DNA of 64,000 nt from Waddliaceae bacterium (lineage in GTDB: Bacteria; Chlamydiota; Chlamydiia; Chlamydiales; JABHNK01): assembly GCA_018694295.1 (NCBI GenBank), contig JABHNK010000010.1:688-64687 (forward strand), written 5' to 3'. Position numbers and translations under genes: made by a program. Positions 32,949 to 42,783 of the stretch are shown piece by piece. A model generated the notes under the pieces. That model made no database searches, was not told the origin of the DNA, and was given only the letters and a program-made list of their open reading frames with translations. Every line of letters starts with the position of its first letter. Position 1 is the stretch's first letter.

Positions 32949-34589
32949 ATGCTGTATAAAGAAATAAGCCGTGTTCTAAGTTTCTATCTTCTATATCTCG
33001 CCCTTGCTCTCGGCGTAGCGCTTGGCGTTTCGGCGTACTACGAATTCTTCGTCGCCCCCGAGGCGCATCCACAGCCGCATACCACGATGGCTTTCGTATA
33101 TTCTATCCTAATAGACCTCGGCCTAGCAGGAATCTTCAGGCTCATAGGCCACAGCGCTGTAGGACGCCTACATCGCCGTGAAGGCCTCGCCATCGTTGTG
33201 TTGATATGGTTCATTACTGCTATCGTCGGAGGGCTACCGTTTTACATCTCTAAAACCTTCGAGAGTCCCGTCGACTCATACTTCGAGGCGATGTCAGGCC
33301 TTACAACAACGGGAGCAAGCCTTATGCTTCCCAAGAAATACCACGAAGATTCTGGCAATGAACTACCATACCATAAAAACATCTCTGGACCCTATGAGAA
33401 CGAATATATCTACTATGGCACAATAACCCCTGTACGCGATTCTGAGGGTGATGTCACCATAGAAGGTATAGAAGCCGTCAGCAAAGGCATACTTTTCTGG
33501 AGAAGTTTTATGCAGTGGCTTGGAGGCATGGGTGTCGTCGTCCTTTTCGTTGCGATACTTCCGGCTTTAGGCGTCGGTGGCAAGGTGCTTTTCCATGCAG
33601 AAGCTACAGGGCCTTTTGCTGAGAGCGTAACTCCGCGTATAAAAGAGACAGCGAGTCTTCTGTGGAAGATATATCTCGGTCTTACTGTTATGGAGACGTC
33701 GCTTCTCATGATAACAAACAAGGCAATAACGTTCTTCGAAGCAATAACGATAACGTTCTCCACACTATCCACAGGAGGATTCTGCGTCAGAAACGACAGT
33801 ATAGGGTCGTTCGCTTCTCCTTCAATGGAATGGATAATTTTATTCTTTATGATCGCCGGCGCCACAAATTTCGCCTTATATTTCTACTGTCTTAAAGGTA
33901 AATTTTACCGTCTAAAAGACCCAGAGTTCTACCTTTTCATCGCCATTATATGTGGCGGCGCAATATTTATGATGGCGAACCTCATGGGCACGGAGAAAGA
34001 GCTTCTCACTGGCGAGACGATGGCATTCGGGCGGTGGGAATCGCTACGATATGGCATGTTTCAACTGCTGTCGGCACAGACGTCGACGGGCTTCGCAACG
34101 GCGAACTTCAACACATGGCCTCTCGACTGCCAAGCTCTTATGATCATCGTTATGTTCATCGGTGGGATGTCGGGGTCGACTAGCGGCGGCATGAAGATAA
34201 TACGCTTCTATATGGTCAATAACATCATATACCGCAAGGTGGAATCTATCTTCAAGCCCGAGATCGTCCATACCTTCAAAGTCCGTAATACCACCGTCGA
34301 CGACAGCATGGCGATGACGGTGTTAAGTTTTTTAATAATACTGCTGTTCCTCGCAGCGATTGGAACTTTTCTCTTCATCATCGACGGCGTAGGCCCCGAA
34401 ACGGCGCTTTCTATAGTGGCTTGTATGCTCAATAACGTCGGTATAGCATTCCGCGTCGCTGGTCCTACGGAATCGTTCGCCTTCCTGTCTGTTTTCGGCA
34501 AGATCCTCGGCTCGATATGGATGGTGCTAGGACGCCTTGAGCTCTTCGCCGTGCTGATACTGTTCCTACCGAGCTTCTGGAGGAAGTAG
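32949..34589 (+). CDS. trkH: TrkH family potassium uptake protein
   Basis: 546-aa polytopic protein with MSGLTTTGAS and LSTGGF pore-loop motifs. It lies directly after trkA. Confidence 0.92.
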   Translation: MLYKEISRVLSFYLLYLALALGVALGVSAYYEFFVAPEAHPQPHTTMAFVYSILIDLGLAGIFRLIGHSAVGRLHRREGLAIVVLIWFITAIVGGLPFYISKTFESPVDSYFEAMSGLTTTGASLMLPKKYHEDSGNELPYHKNISGPYENEYIYYGTITPVRDSEGDVTIEGIEAVSKGILFWRSFMQWLGGMGVVVLFVAILPALGVGGKVLFHAEATGPFAESVTPRIKETASLLWKIYLGLTVMETSLLMITNKAITFFEAITITFSTLSTGGFCVRNDSIGSFASPSMEWIILFFMIAGATNFALYFYCLKGKFYRLKDPEFYLFIAIICGGAIFMMANLMGTEKELLTGETMAFGRWESLRYGMFQLLSAQTSTGFATANFNTWPLDCQALMIIVMFIGGMSGSTSGGMKIIRFYMVNNIIYRKVESIFKPEIVHTFKVRNTTVDDSMAMTVLSFLIILLFLAAIGTFLFIIDGVGPETALSIVACMLNNVGIAFRVAGPTESFAFLSVFGKILGSIWMVLGRLELFAVLILFLPSFWRK

Positions 34590-35654
34590 ATTAATTAATT
34601 TTGCTGCAGCCTCACGAATTCTTTCGTGGGGAATTTCTTCGTATTCTGTCGCTTCGCATAGTTCTCGATATTGGCACCTGCTGCATGATCGTCTGTCGTT
34701 GGTATATGGGAAATCCATGACATCGGCGATATTCTTCTTAAGGTTTTTTTCGCGACCTTCGCCGGTATCGTGAAGTTTTTTCTCCATCATCGCGCTGCTC
34801 ATTGTGATGAATTTTTCTACGCTATCAATCTTTTCCTGCGACAGCTCTTTATCTTGCCCAGCGCCAGTTTTATCGTAGTTATCGCTGTCGAGATAGTAAG
34901 GCACGAGGACAACTCTATCAGCTTCTATCCCCCAGGATTTTTCTGCGAAGAGCGCATAAGAATACAGCTGGTTTATATCTTTTTCATTGTGCCTGCCGGT
35001 CTTCCAGTCGAAGAGGACGATAGTATCGTTTTTTCCTTCGCGCTGCCATCGTAGCGCACAGTCGATGACGACCCACACTTTATAGACGTCGTCGATGATG
35101 AAACTGTCAAGGTCTTCGATGCCCAAGAATGTACTTCGTGGGCTCATTATCATTTTCTGTGTTATCGGCGAGTTATACCAATGCGTTATGCAACGCTTCA
35201 TCTTATCAATAGCCGTTTTCATTGTGTCTTCTGTTATCTCGACGACGTCATCTCTATCAGCATAATATACTTCTAACAGGCTGTTATATTTTTTTGGCGA
35301 TTCTCTCCACTTCTCATTCTTCGCCTCTTCGATTCCACGGACGAGTTCTTCCTCACCTTTTTCTATCATAGCTTCTAGTGTTACGAGTGTATTGTTCGCG
35401 CGGTATTCTTTTAAGGCATATTCTATGGTGCCATGGACGACGGTTCCGACGAACATCGGCATATTTTTCATGTTCTTCATGGCATATAGGTATCCCGCCA
35501 GTGAGTCGGCCTTCATAGCACCATTTTTTTGGTACATAACCCATCCTTCCCAGGAACCGTAGTATGTATACCAATATTTTTTTTCGCACTCTTCGAAGGC
35601 GTTATTCCGCGAAAATGACCAGCTGAATTCGTTTTTTAGTTTTCCACGTCCCAT
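34566..35654 (-). CDS. PD-(D/E)XK nuclease, Cas4/AddB-like, with a 4-Cys cluster
   Basis: VIDCA and FDWK (the D...ExK-type core), QLYSY (the QhxxY motif), an N-terminal Cys (EECEKK), and a C-terminal CSRCQYRELC (CxxCx5C). Confidence 0.8.
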   Translation of the reverse strand: MGRGKLKNEFSWSFSRNNAFEECEKKYWYTYYGSWEGWVMYQKNGAMKADSLAGYLYAMKNMKNMPMFVGTVVHGTIEYALKEYRANNTLVTLEAMIEKGEEELVRGIEEAKNEKWRESPKKYNSLLEVYYADRDDVVEITEDTMKTAIDKMKRCITHWYNSPITQKMIMSPRSTFLGIEDLDSFIIDDVYKVWVVIDCALRWQREGKNDTIVLFDWKTGRHNEKDINQLYSYALFAEKSWGIEADRVVLVPYYLDSDNYDKTGAGQDKELSQEKIDSVEKFITMSSAMMEKKLHDTGEGREKNLKKNIADVMDFPYTNDRRSCSRCQYRELCEATEYEEIPHERIREAAAKLINLLPPEAR

Positions 35655-35756
35655 AATTATTTCCTCTTCTTGAAAAATATCTGCCGATATTGTATGCTAC
35701 TATACATTACAAAGTCTTTTTTTAACATAAAATTTTTATCCTAACAGGTTTAGTCT

Positions 35757-38700
35757 ATGCTCGGAATAATAAAGAAAATCTTCGGAAGCGCCCAAGAGCG
35801 TACTATCAAACGATATCGTAAGACGGTACAGCAGATAAACATCATCGAAGAGGGCTACCAAAAGCTCTCCGATGAAGAACTTAAGAACAAGACAGAAGAG
35901 TTCCGTCAGCGTTTCCGCGAAGGAGCTACTGTCGACGACCTCCTTCCCGAGGCTTTTGCTGTAGTAAAAAACGCATGTCGTCGTCTTATCGGCACCGACA
36001 TCCACATCTCCGGCTACGACCAGAAGTGGGACATGATACCCTATGATGTCCAGCTTGTCGGAGCCATCGCCATGCACAACCAGTCTATCGCAGAGATGCA
36101 GACCGGCGAAGGTAAAACTCTTACTGCAACGCTACCGCTGTACCTTCATAGTCTTACTGGTAAATCTGTTCATATTGTCACTGTCAACGACTACCTTGCC
36201 ACACGCGACTGCGAGTGGATGGGCACTGTTTTCCGCTGGCTTGGGCTTTCTGTCGCTGCCATCACCAACAGCATGGACCACAGCAAGAGAAAAGATATAT
36301 ACAACAGTGATATCGTCTATGGTACGGCATCGGAGTTTGGCTTCGACTACCTCCGCGACAATGCTATGGCGTCGAGCAGCGAACAACAAGTTCAGGGCGA
36401 GCATTATTTCGTGATAATCGATGAGATCGACTCTATCCTCATCGACGAAGCACGTACGCCTCTTATCATCTCAGGACCCGTCCCCGTAAGCAGGCAGATG
36501 TACGACGACCTCAAAGGCGACGTCTCCGGCCTTGTAAAGCTACAAAGAAATCTTTGTAATAGGATCGCCAGTGAAGCTAGCAAGACAATACAAAGCATGG
36601 AAACGCTTCGCAGAAACGGCTCTTTCACCAAAGATAATGAGTCAGAAGAGCGCGCGGCATACCATAAGCTGTGGCTTGTCAGCAAAGGCACTCCACGAAA
36701 TAGGATCTTAAAGCGTCTTTTAGAAGACCCCGACAAGCGCGCATTAATCGACGAATGGGAGCTTTTCTACCACACCGACCAGAACAAAAAAGACAAACAA
36801 AAAGCCCTCTCCGAGCTGTATATCCTCATCGACGAGAGAAGCAGTGAATACGAGCTCACCGACAAAGGCATCGCCACCTGGGAACAGATGAGTTCCGACG
36901 ACAATGGCGGCGACCCTTTTACTATGCTCGACGTCAGCAGCGCATACATCGATATCGATAATGATACAACACTTTCTGACGAAGAGAAGATACAGAAGAA
37001 AGCAGAAGTCCATGAGTCCGACAGCTTCGGTAAAGAACGCTCGCACAACATCCGCCAGCTTCTCCGTGCTCATCTTCTTATGGAAAACGATATCGACTAT
37101 ATCATCCAAGATAACAAGATCGTCATCATCGACGAAAACACTGGGCGTCCACAGCCTGGGCGTCGCTTCTCCGACGGCCTCCACCAAGCCATCGAAGCAA
37201 AGGAAAGCGTCGTCGTCCAGAAAGAGACACAGACCTATGCCACCGTTACGCTACAGAACTTCTTCCGTATGTACGAAAGAATATCGGGAATGTCTGGTAC
37301 TGCTATCACCGAAGCCAATGAATTCCGTGAGACTTACAACCTCGACGTTATGCAGATCCCCACGCACAAAAAGTGTATACGCAAAGACGTCAACGACGAA
37401 GTATATATGTCCGAGAGGGAAAAATATAACGCCATCCTCAAGTCTGTCCGTGAGATCCATGGTGAAGGGCGTCCTATCCTTATCGGTACGGAGTCCGTCG
37501 ACATCTCCGAGAAGCTTTCGCGCATCTTCAAGCAAAACGGCTTACCCCATACTATCCTCAACGCCAAGCACAATGACGGCGAAGCTATTATCATCGCCAA
37601 TGCCGGTGCTCCTGGCGCTATAACGATCTCTACCAACATGGCAGGACGAGGTACCGACATAAAACTACAAGGCAACGTCGTCGACATCGGAGGTCTTCAT
37701 GTTTTAGGGACGACACGTCACCAATCGCGTCGTATCGATAGACAGCTCCGCGGCCGCTGTGCTCGCATGGGCGACCCTGGGACTTCGAAGTTCTTCGTAT
37801 CTTTCGAAGACACCCTTATGCGTCTGTTTGCTTCGCCGAAGATAACGGGGCTACTCCAGCGTTTCCGTCCTCCTGAAGGAGAGCCTATCTCTGCCGGCAT
37901 CCTCGACAGGGCGATAGAGACGGCGCAGAAACGCGTCGAGCAAAGAAACTATATGATAAGGAAGCATACCCTCCAATATGACGATGTCATGAACAAACAG
38001 CGTCATGAGATATATGCTTTCAGGAATAAAGTCCTCCGTAGCGACGACATATGTTCTATAGCAAAAGACCTTATTGCTTCGCTATGTTCCGTAAAAGCCG
38101 ACGAATATTTCGTTAGCCGCCGACAAGATGGTGGCTGGAACGCCGAAGGATATCGACAGTGGCTTACATCTTCGTTCCCTGTTACGTGCGAAGAGGGATT
38201 TTTCGATGGTGACAATCTAACCATCGAAGACCTCGAAGACAAAGCCACCAACGTCCTCATTGAAGCCCTCGACAAAAAGCGTTCCTACGAAAACCAGAAA
38301 GTCGCCTTCATCTTCGGCCACGACGCCAATACCGACACTCAGGATTACGCCTCCGATGCTATGCGGCAGCTTATGATCAGGAAGATCGACGAGCGCTGGC
38401 AAGAGCATCTGCTTACTATGGACTACCTACGCTCCGAGGTACATCTTCACGCTATAGCACAGAAAGACCCTCTCATCGAGTTCAAACACGAAGCTTTCAG
38501 CTTGTTCCATAGACTGAGTAACGACCTACAGACAGACATTGCCGCCGACATCTTCAAATTCAAGATCGCCCCACAATACGAAGGACTCTTCGAGCAACAG
38601 GCAGCAAAGATGAACCTCGAAACATCGCGCTCTCTCTTCGACGAGATAAGCGACAACGGACAACAACAGCGAAAGCCTGAAAAAGCTGCTCCCATCCACC

Positions 38701-38795
38701 ATGAAGACCCTAAAGTTCATCGTAACGACACATGTCCATGTGGCAGCGGAAAAAAATATAAACGATGCTGCGGAATAACAAAAGGTCAGGAGTGA
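35757..38795 (+). CDS. secA: Preprotein translocase ATPase SecA
   Basis: MLGIIKKIFGS..., MQTGEGKT, and the C-terminal SEC-C zinc motif CPCGSGKKYKRCCG. The product is 1012 aa. Confidence 0.98.
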   Translation: MLGIIKKIFGSAQERTIKRYRKTVQQINIIEEGYQKLSDEELKNKTEEFRQRFREGATVDDLLPEAFAVVKNACRRLIGTDIHISGYDQKWDMIPYDVQLVGAIAMHNQSIAEMQTGEGKTLTATLPLYLHSLTGKSVHIVTVNDYLATRDCEWMGTVFRWLGLSVAAITNSMDHSKRKDIYNSDIVYGTASEFGFDYLRDNAMASSSEQQVQGEHYFVIIDEIDSILIDEARTPLIISGPVPVSRQMYDDLKGDVSGLVKLQRNLCNRIASEASKTIQSMETLRRNGSFTKDNESEERAAYHKLWLVSKGTPRNRILKRLLEDPDKRALIDEWELFYHTDQNKKDKQKALSELYILIDERSSEYELTDKGIATWEQMSSDDNGGDPFTMLDVSSAYIDIDNDTTLSDEEKIQKKAEVHESDSFGKERSHNIRQLLRAHLLMENDIDYIIQDNKIVIIDENTGRPQPGRRFSDGLHQAIEAKESVVVQKETQTYATVTLQNFFRMYERISGMSGTAITEANEFRETYNLDVMQIPTHKKCIRKDVNDEVYMSEREKYNAILKSVREIHGEGRPILIGTESVDISEKLSRIFKQNGLPHTILNAKHNDGEAIIIANAGAPGAITISTNMAGRGTDIKLQGNVVDIGGLHVLGTTRHQSRRIDRQLRGRCARMGDPGTSKFFVSFEDTLMRLFASPKITGLLQRFRPPEGEPISAGILDRAIETAQKRVEQRNYMIRKHTLQYDDVMNKQRHEIYAFRNKVLRSDDICSIAKDLIASLCSVKADEYFVSRRQDGGWNAEGYRQWLTSSFPVTCEEGFFDGDNLTIEDLEDKATNVLIEALDKKRSYENQKVAFIFGHDANTDTQDYASDAMRQLMIRKIDERWQEHLLTMDYLRSEVHLHAIAQKDPLIEFKHEAFSLFHRLSNDLQTDIAADIFKFKIAPQYEGLFEQQAAKMNLETSRSLFDEISDNGQQQRKPEKAAPIHHEDPKVHRNDTCPCGSGKKYKRCCGITKGQE

Positions 38796-39277
38796 TCGAG
38801 AGTTTTTAGCTTACGCCATCCGAATATAAGGCTTGGAATCCCCAAGATAATGTATACCGGCCATCGCGATGCATTCCACTGTAAAGTGAAAAAACCGTTG
38901 TCGGAGAAGAATAGCAGCGCCATTCCAAAGATAAAAAGCGTGCTTCCCAATGAAAGCGCTAACAGCGGTACGATACTATCTTTTTTGGCACCTTCGACGT
39001 CTTGTTTCTCGTGGGCTTCTTCAATAGCATTGTCCCACTCGACATCGGTGACTTTTTCTTCGATGTCGCTATTTTCCTTCGCCGCCATATAAGGAGGGTC
39101 AGGGATTTTGGTATATTCTTCATCATGACCAGATATATCATATGGAGGGCTCGGCTGCTGACCTTCTTCGTCAGAAGTCGCAGAAAGCTCAGCGCCACAA
39201 TATGCACAACGCGTTGCATGTTCATGAACTTCACCTTCACAATTCCAACACAGTTTTTTCTTTACCATCGTCTCCAT
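38786..39277 (-). CDS. Zinc-ribbon membrane protein, function unknown
   Basis: CWNCEGEVHEHATRCAYCG, an acidic linker and two C-terminal TM helices. It overlaps the secA 3' end by 10 nt in convergent orientation. Confidence 0.6.
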   Translation of the reverse strand: METMVKKKLCWNCEGEVHEHATRCAYCGAELSATSDEEGQQPSPPYDISGHDEEYTKIPDPPYMAAKENSDIEEKVTDVEWDNAIEEAHEKQDVEGAKKDSIVPLLALSLGSTLFIFGMALLFFSDNGFFTLQWNASRWPVYIILGIPSLIFGWRKLKTLDHS

Positions 39278-39440
39278 AATATCGCCTCTGATTTAGTATA
39301 CTTTCTATTCCTACACTATCTTTATAAAGGTTTTTCTTGCAAGGAATTTTTTGTTTGTCAAAAGAGCTGCTAGCAATTAATTATTGCTCTATTCTATACT
39401 TCTCATTAAAACAATAACATTCTAACTGCTAAAGCGTTAT

Positions 39441-40325
39441 ATGAAAAATAAAACAGACACAGCGCCTCGCCATCACACTCTTCCTCCATGGCTACGGCGC
39501 CCTCTTCCTTCGTGCGGTGCTATTTCGTCAACGCGTTCCGTCTTAGAAAAGCATCGTCTTAATACTGTTTGCGAAGAAGCACAGTGTCCAAATCGCCTTG
39601 AGTGTTTCTCTCTAAAGACAGCGACTTTTATCGCTATGGGCAAGGAATGTACGCGCTGCTGCTCTTTCTGTGACGTCGGTTTTTCTACAAAGCCTCTGCC
39701 TTTAGACCCTTGCGAGCCGAAAAGTCTTGCTTCTGCTATTTATGACCTTTCTCTTCGCCATGTCGTCATCACCATGGTAACGCGCGACGACCTCGATGAC
39801 GGCGGTGCCAGACACCTCGCCGATATCATCAGTGCCATTCGTCTCCGCAACCCAAAAACCACCATTGAAGTATTAACGTCAGACTTTTGTTACAACACCG
39901 ACGCTCTCGATATCGTCATCGCTGCTGATCCTGACGTCTTCAACCACAACATCGAGACTGTCGAGGCACTTACTTCTAAAATCCGCCATAATGCTTCATA
40001 CTCGCGGTCTCTAGATGTCTTGCGTTATGTAAAGAAAATGTCGCCAACAACGACGTTAAAATCCGGTATGATGGTAGGCTTTGGCGAGAGTGCCGACGAC
40101 ATAGAAAAAACTATCCGCGACCTTCACGATGTCGGCTGCGATATAGTCACTATCGGCCAATATCTACAGCCTAGCGATAAGGCAGTACCCGTCGTTGAAT
40201 TTGTTACGCCAGAACAGTTCAGTTTATATGAATGTTATGGTAAAGATCTTGGCGTGAAACATATGTTCTGCGGCCCTTTTGTAAGGTCGAGTTATCACGC
40301 GAAAAATTTTATAAAAAAACAATAA
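39441..40325 (+). CDS. lipA: Lipoyl synthase
   Basis: CEEAQCPNRLEC and the radical-SAM motif CTRCCSFC. Confidence 0.95.
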   Translation: MKNKTDTAPRHHTLPPWLRRPLPSCGAISSTRSVLEKHRLNTVCEEAQCPNRLECFSLKTATFIAMGKECTRCCSFCDVGFSTKPLPLDPCEPKSLASAIYDLSLRHVVITMVTRDDLDDGGARHLADIISAIRLRNPKTTIEVLTSDFCYNTDALDIVIAADPDVFNHNIETVEALTSKIRHNASYSRSLDVLRYVKKMSPTTTLKSGMMVGFGESADDIEKTIRDLHDVGCDIVTIGQYLQPSDKAVPVVEFVTPEQFSLYECYGKDLGVKHMFCGPFVRSSYHAKNFIKKQ

Positions 40326-40335
40326 GGTTATCACT

Positions 40336-41319
40336 ATGAAAAACGAAAAAACACCCTTCAAAGACATCCTCGACGATGTTTCTCGTGAGATGTCAAAAAA
40401 CCATGACGCCGCCATCGACTCCGACGATGCTATATCTGAAGACCTTCCTGTTATCGATATCCTCGACCATGAAATTCTTATGCACCGCGACGCACATTTC
40501 GGTGGGAAATTTGACTTCATGCTCGACTATTATCGTCGTGGTGGTAAAGGGGTGTATAATGAATTCGAGGTGTCACGCATCGAAGAGCTCGCCATCATAG
40601 AGAAAGACATCGACAAAGACCTTGCAGCCCTCGTCCTTCTTGGCGTCGAAGCCGAAGAAATCTCCCGCGCCAAAAGCGTCTACTCCAAACTTCGTGAACT
40701 CTATGAAGGTAAAAACCATTCGACACCATGCCCTAGGCTTATCGCCGATATGATCCTTTCCGAGGAAGAAGACGCGATAAAAGAAACCGAGGCTGTCATT
40801 GCAGAAGGTTCTGGTATAGTATCCCCTCTAATCGATCTATTATGCGCCGATGAATTTTACAGCCCTCTTTTTCCAGGATATGGCTTAGCGCCAGCATTAG
40901 CAGCACAATGTCTTGGGAAGATCGGTGACGAAAAAGCTATAATCCCTCTGTTCGAAGCTTTGAGCAAAGTGAATTTCTTTATAGAAGACGCTGTTCTCAC
41001 AGCGCTAGAAAATATCGGCGTTCCAGCGAAAGAGTTTCTCCTCAACGCTGTAAAGGCTATGCCAATATCTAGCGACAATGAACGCGCTGCCATGGCTTTG
41101 ACCTATTTTAAAGATGATTCTGAGGTGTCAAAGGTATGTTTTGAGATGCTAAAAAATATCGACATAGAAAAACATCCTATGCTTGCGATGTACCTCGTCC
41201 TGACATGTGAATCTCTCGACGACAAAAAATGTCGCCAAGAGTTCATCGATATGTCCACGAAAGTTTTAGAGCCTCTACGCCATGACATGTCTATGATATG
41301 CCGACGTTGGCAAAAGTAA
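40336..41319 (+). CDS. HEAT-repeat (PBS-lyase-like) protein
   Basis: LAAQCLGKIGDEKAIIPLFEAL and VLTALENIGVPAKEFL are HEAT-like repeats. Confidence 0.65.
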   Translation: MKNEKTPFKDILDDVSREMSKNHDAAIDSDDAISEDLPVIDILDHEILMHRDAHFGGKFDFMLDYYRRGGKGVYNEFEVSRIEELAIIEKDIDKDLAALVLLGVEAEEISRAKSVYSKLRELYEGKNHSTPCPRLIADMILSEEEDAIKETEAVIAEGSGIVSPLIDLLCADEFYSPLFPGYGLAPALAAQCLGKIGDEKAIIPLFEALSKVNFFIEDAVLTALENIGVPAKEFLLNAVKAMPISSDNERAAMALTYFKDDSEVSKVCFEMLKNIDIEKHPMLAMYLVLTCESLDDKKCRQEFIDMSTKVLEPLRHDMSMICRRWQK

Positions 41320-41368
41320 AGCCGCTATACATAAAAATTGCTGCGTATAGGACGCCTACAACAATTTT

Positions 41369-42772
41369 TTATACGCTAGCTCCGGGATATTCTGCAGTTT
41401 CTTCTTTGGAATATGCAGCGTCTGTCTTCTCAGAAAATACCGGTGCTCTTCCTATGCTGAAGCAGTCGAAGCCTTTATCCGCAAGGTCTTCAGGGCTGTG
41501 CTGATTGCGTCCGTCGAAGAAGGCGTTGCCCTTCATAACATCTCGGACCTCTTTGAAGTCTAAAAATCTGAACTGCTTCCACTCTGTCACTAGAGCAATA
41601 GCATCGGCACCTGTAGCGGCTTCCAGCTCATTTTCGCACCATGTTATGTTAGTATGGTCGTCGAGGTGCTTCTTAACATTCTCCATAGCAACGGGGTCGA
41701 AAAGGCGCACGTGTGCGCCGGCATCGCGTAGCTGCCTGATAATCGTCAATGCTGGAGCTTCTCTGATATCATCGGTGTCTGGCTTAAATGCCAAGCCCCA
41801 GATTGCTATCGTCTTGCCTTCGAGTCCATTTTTATCAGAAAAATAGTTTTTCATCTTTTTAACAAGGACGCTTTTTTGTTTCTCATTGACATTATCAACG
41901 GCATCGAGGATATGCGTGTCGTGACCATGTTCTTTTGATGTGGCACGTAGCGCCCTGATGTCTTTAGGAAAGCATGATCCACCATATCCTATCCCCGGGT
42001 ATAGAAAATACGGCCCTATGCGTTGATCTCCGCCCATGCCACGACGTACGTTGTTAACGTCAGCGCCAACGAGCTCACACAGCCCTGAAATCTCATTCAT
42101 AAACGAAACCCTTGTCGCCAGCATGGAATTAGAGGCGTATTTCGTCATCTCTGCAGAAACTATATCCATTATAACCAATCTGTCATGGCTTAGCATAAAC
42201 GGTGAATACAGCTCTTTCATAAGAGCAGCAACACGAACATTGTCGACGCCAATAACGACCCTGTCGGGCTTCATAAAGTCCGCGACGGCATTCCCTTCTT
42301 TTAGGAACTCTGGGTTTGATACGATGTCGAATTCAATGTCGACACCGCGGCGGCTCAGCTCTTCGGCAACGACGTTTTTCACTGCGGCGCCAGTGCCTAC
42401 AGGAACAGTAGACTTATTGACGATGACAGTATAGTCAGCAATGTTTTCGGCGACCTGCTTTGATGCCTGTTTGACGTACTTAAGGTCTGCCGAGCCGTCT
42501 TCGTCTTGTGGTGTTGGCACTGCGAGGAAACACACCAAAGACTGTGGCACGGCCTCTTCATAGCTCGTTGTAAAGCTTAGCCTTCCGCTCTCTACATTGC
42601 GCTTGACGCGCTCTTCGAGTCCTGGCTCATATATCGGTATTATACCATTAAGGAGGTCTTCTATTTTCTTTTCATTATTGTCGAGGCATATAACATGGTG
42701 TCCCATCTCTGCAAAGCATGTCCCTGTTACGAGTCCGACATATCCTGTTCCAACTATCAATAATTTCATCAT
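41369..42772 (-). CDS. ugd: UDP-glucose 6-dehydrogenase
   Basis: IVGTGYVGLVTG Rossmann motif and the catalytic motif GGSCFPKD. Confidence 0.95.
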   Translation of the reverse strand: MMKLLIVGTGYVGLVTGTCFAEMGHHVICLDNNEKKIEDLLNGIIPIYEPGLEERVKRNVESGRLSFTTSYEEAVPQSLVCFLAVPTPQDEDGSADLKYVKQASKQVAENIADYTVIVNKSTVPVGTGAAVKNVVAEELSRRGVDIEFDIVSNPEFLKEGNAVADFMKPDRVVIGVDNVRVAALMKELYSPFMLSHDRLVIMDIVSAEMTKYASNSMLATRVSFMNEISGLCELVGADVNNVRRGMGGDQRIGPYFLYPGIGYGGSCFPKDIRALRATSKEHGHDTHILDAVDNVNEKQKSVLVKKMKNYFSDKNGLEGKTIAIWGLAFKPDTDDIREAPALTIIRQLRDAGAHVRLFDPVAMENVKKHLDDHTNITWCENELEAATGADAIALVTEWKQFRFLDFKEVRDVMKGNAFFDGRNQHSPEDLADKGFDCFSIGRAPVFSEKTDAAYSKEETAEYPGASV

Positions 42773-42783
42773 TCTTTCTCCTT

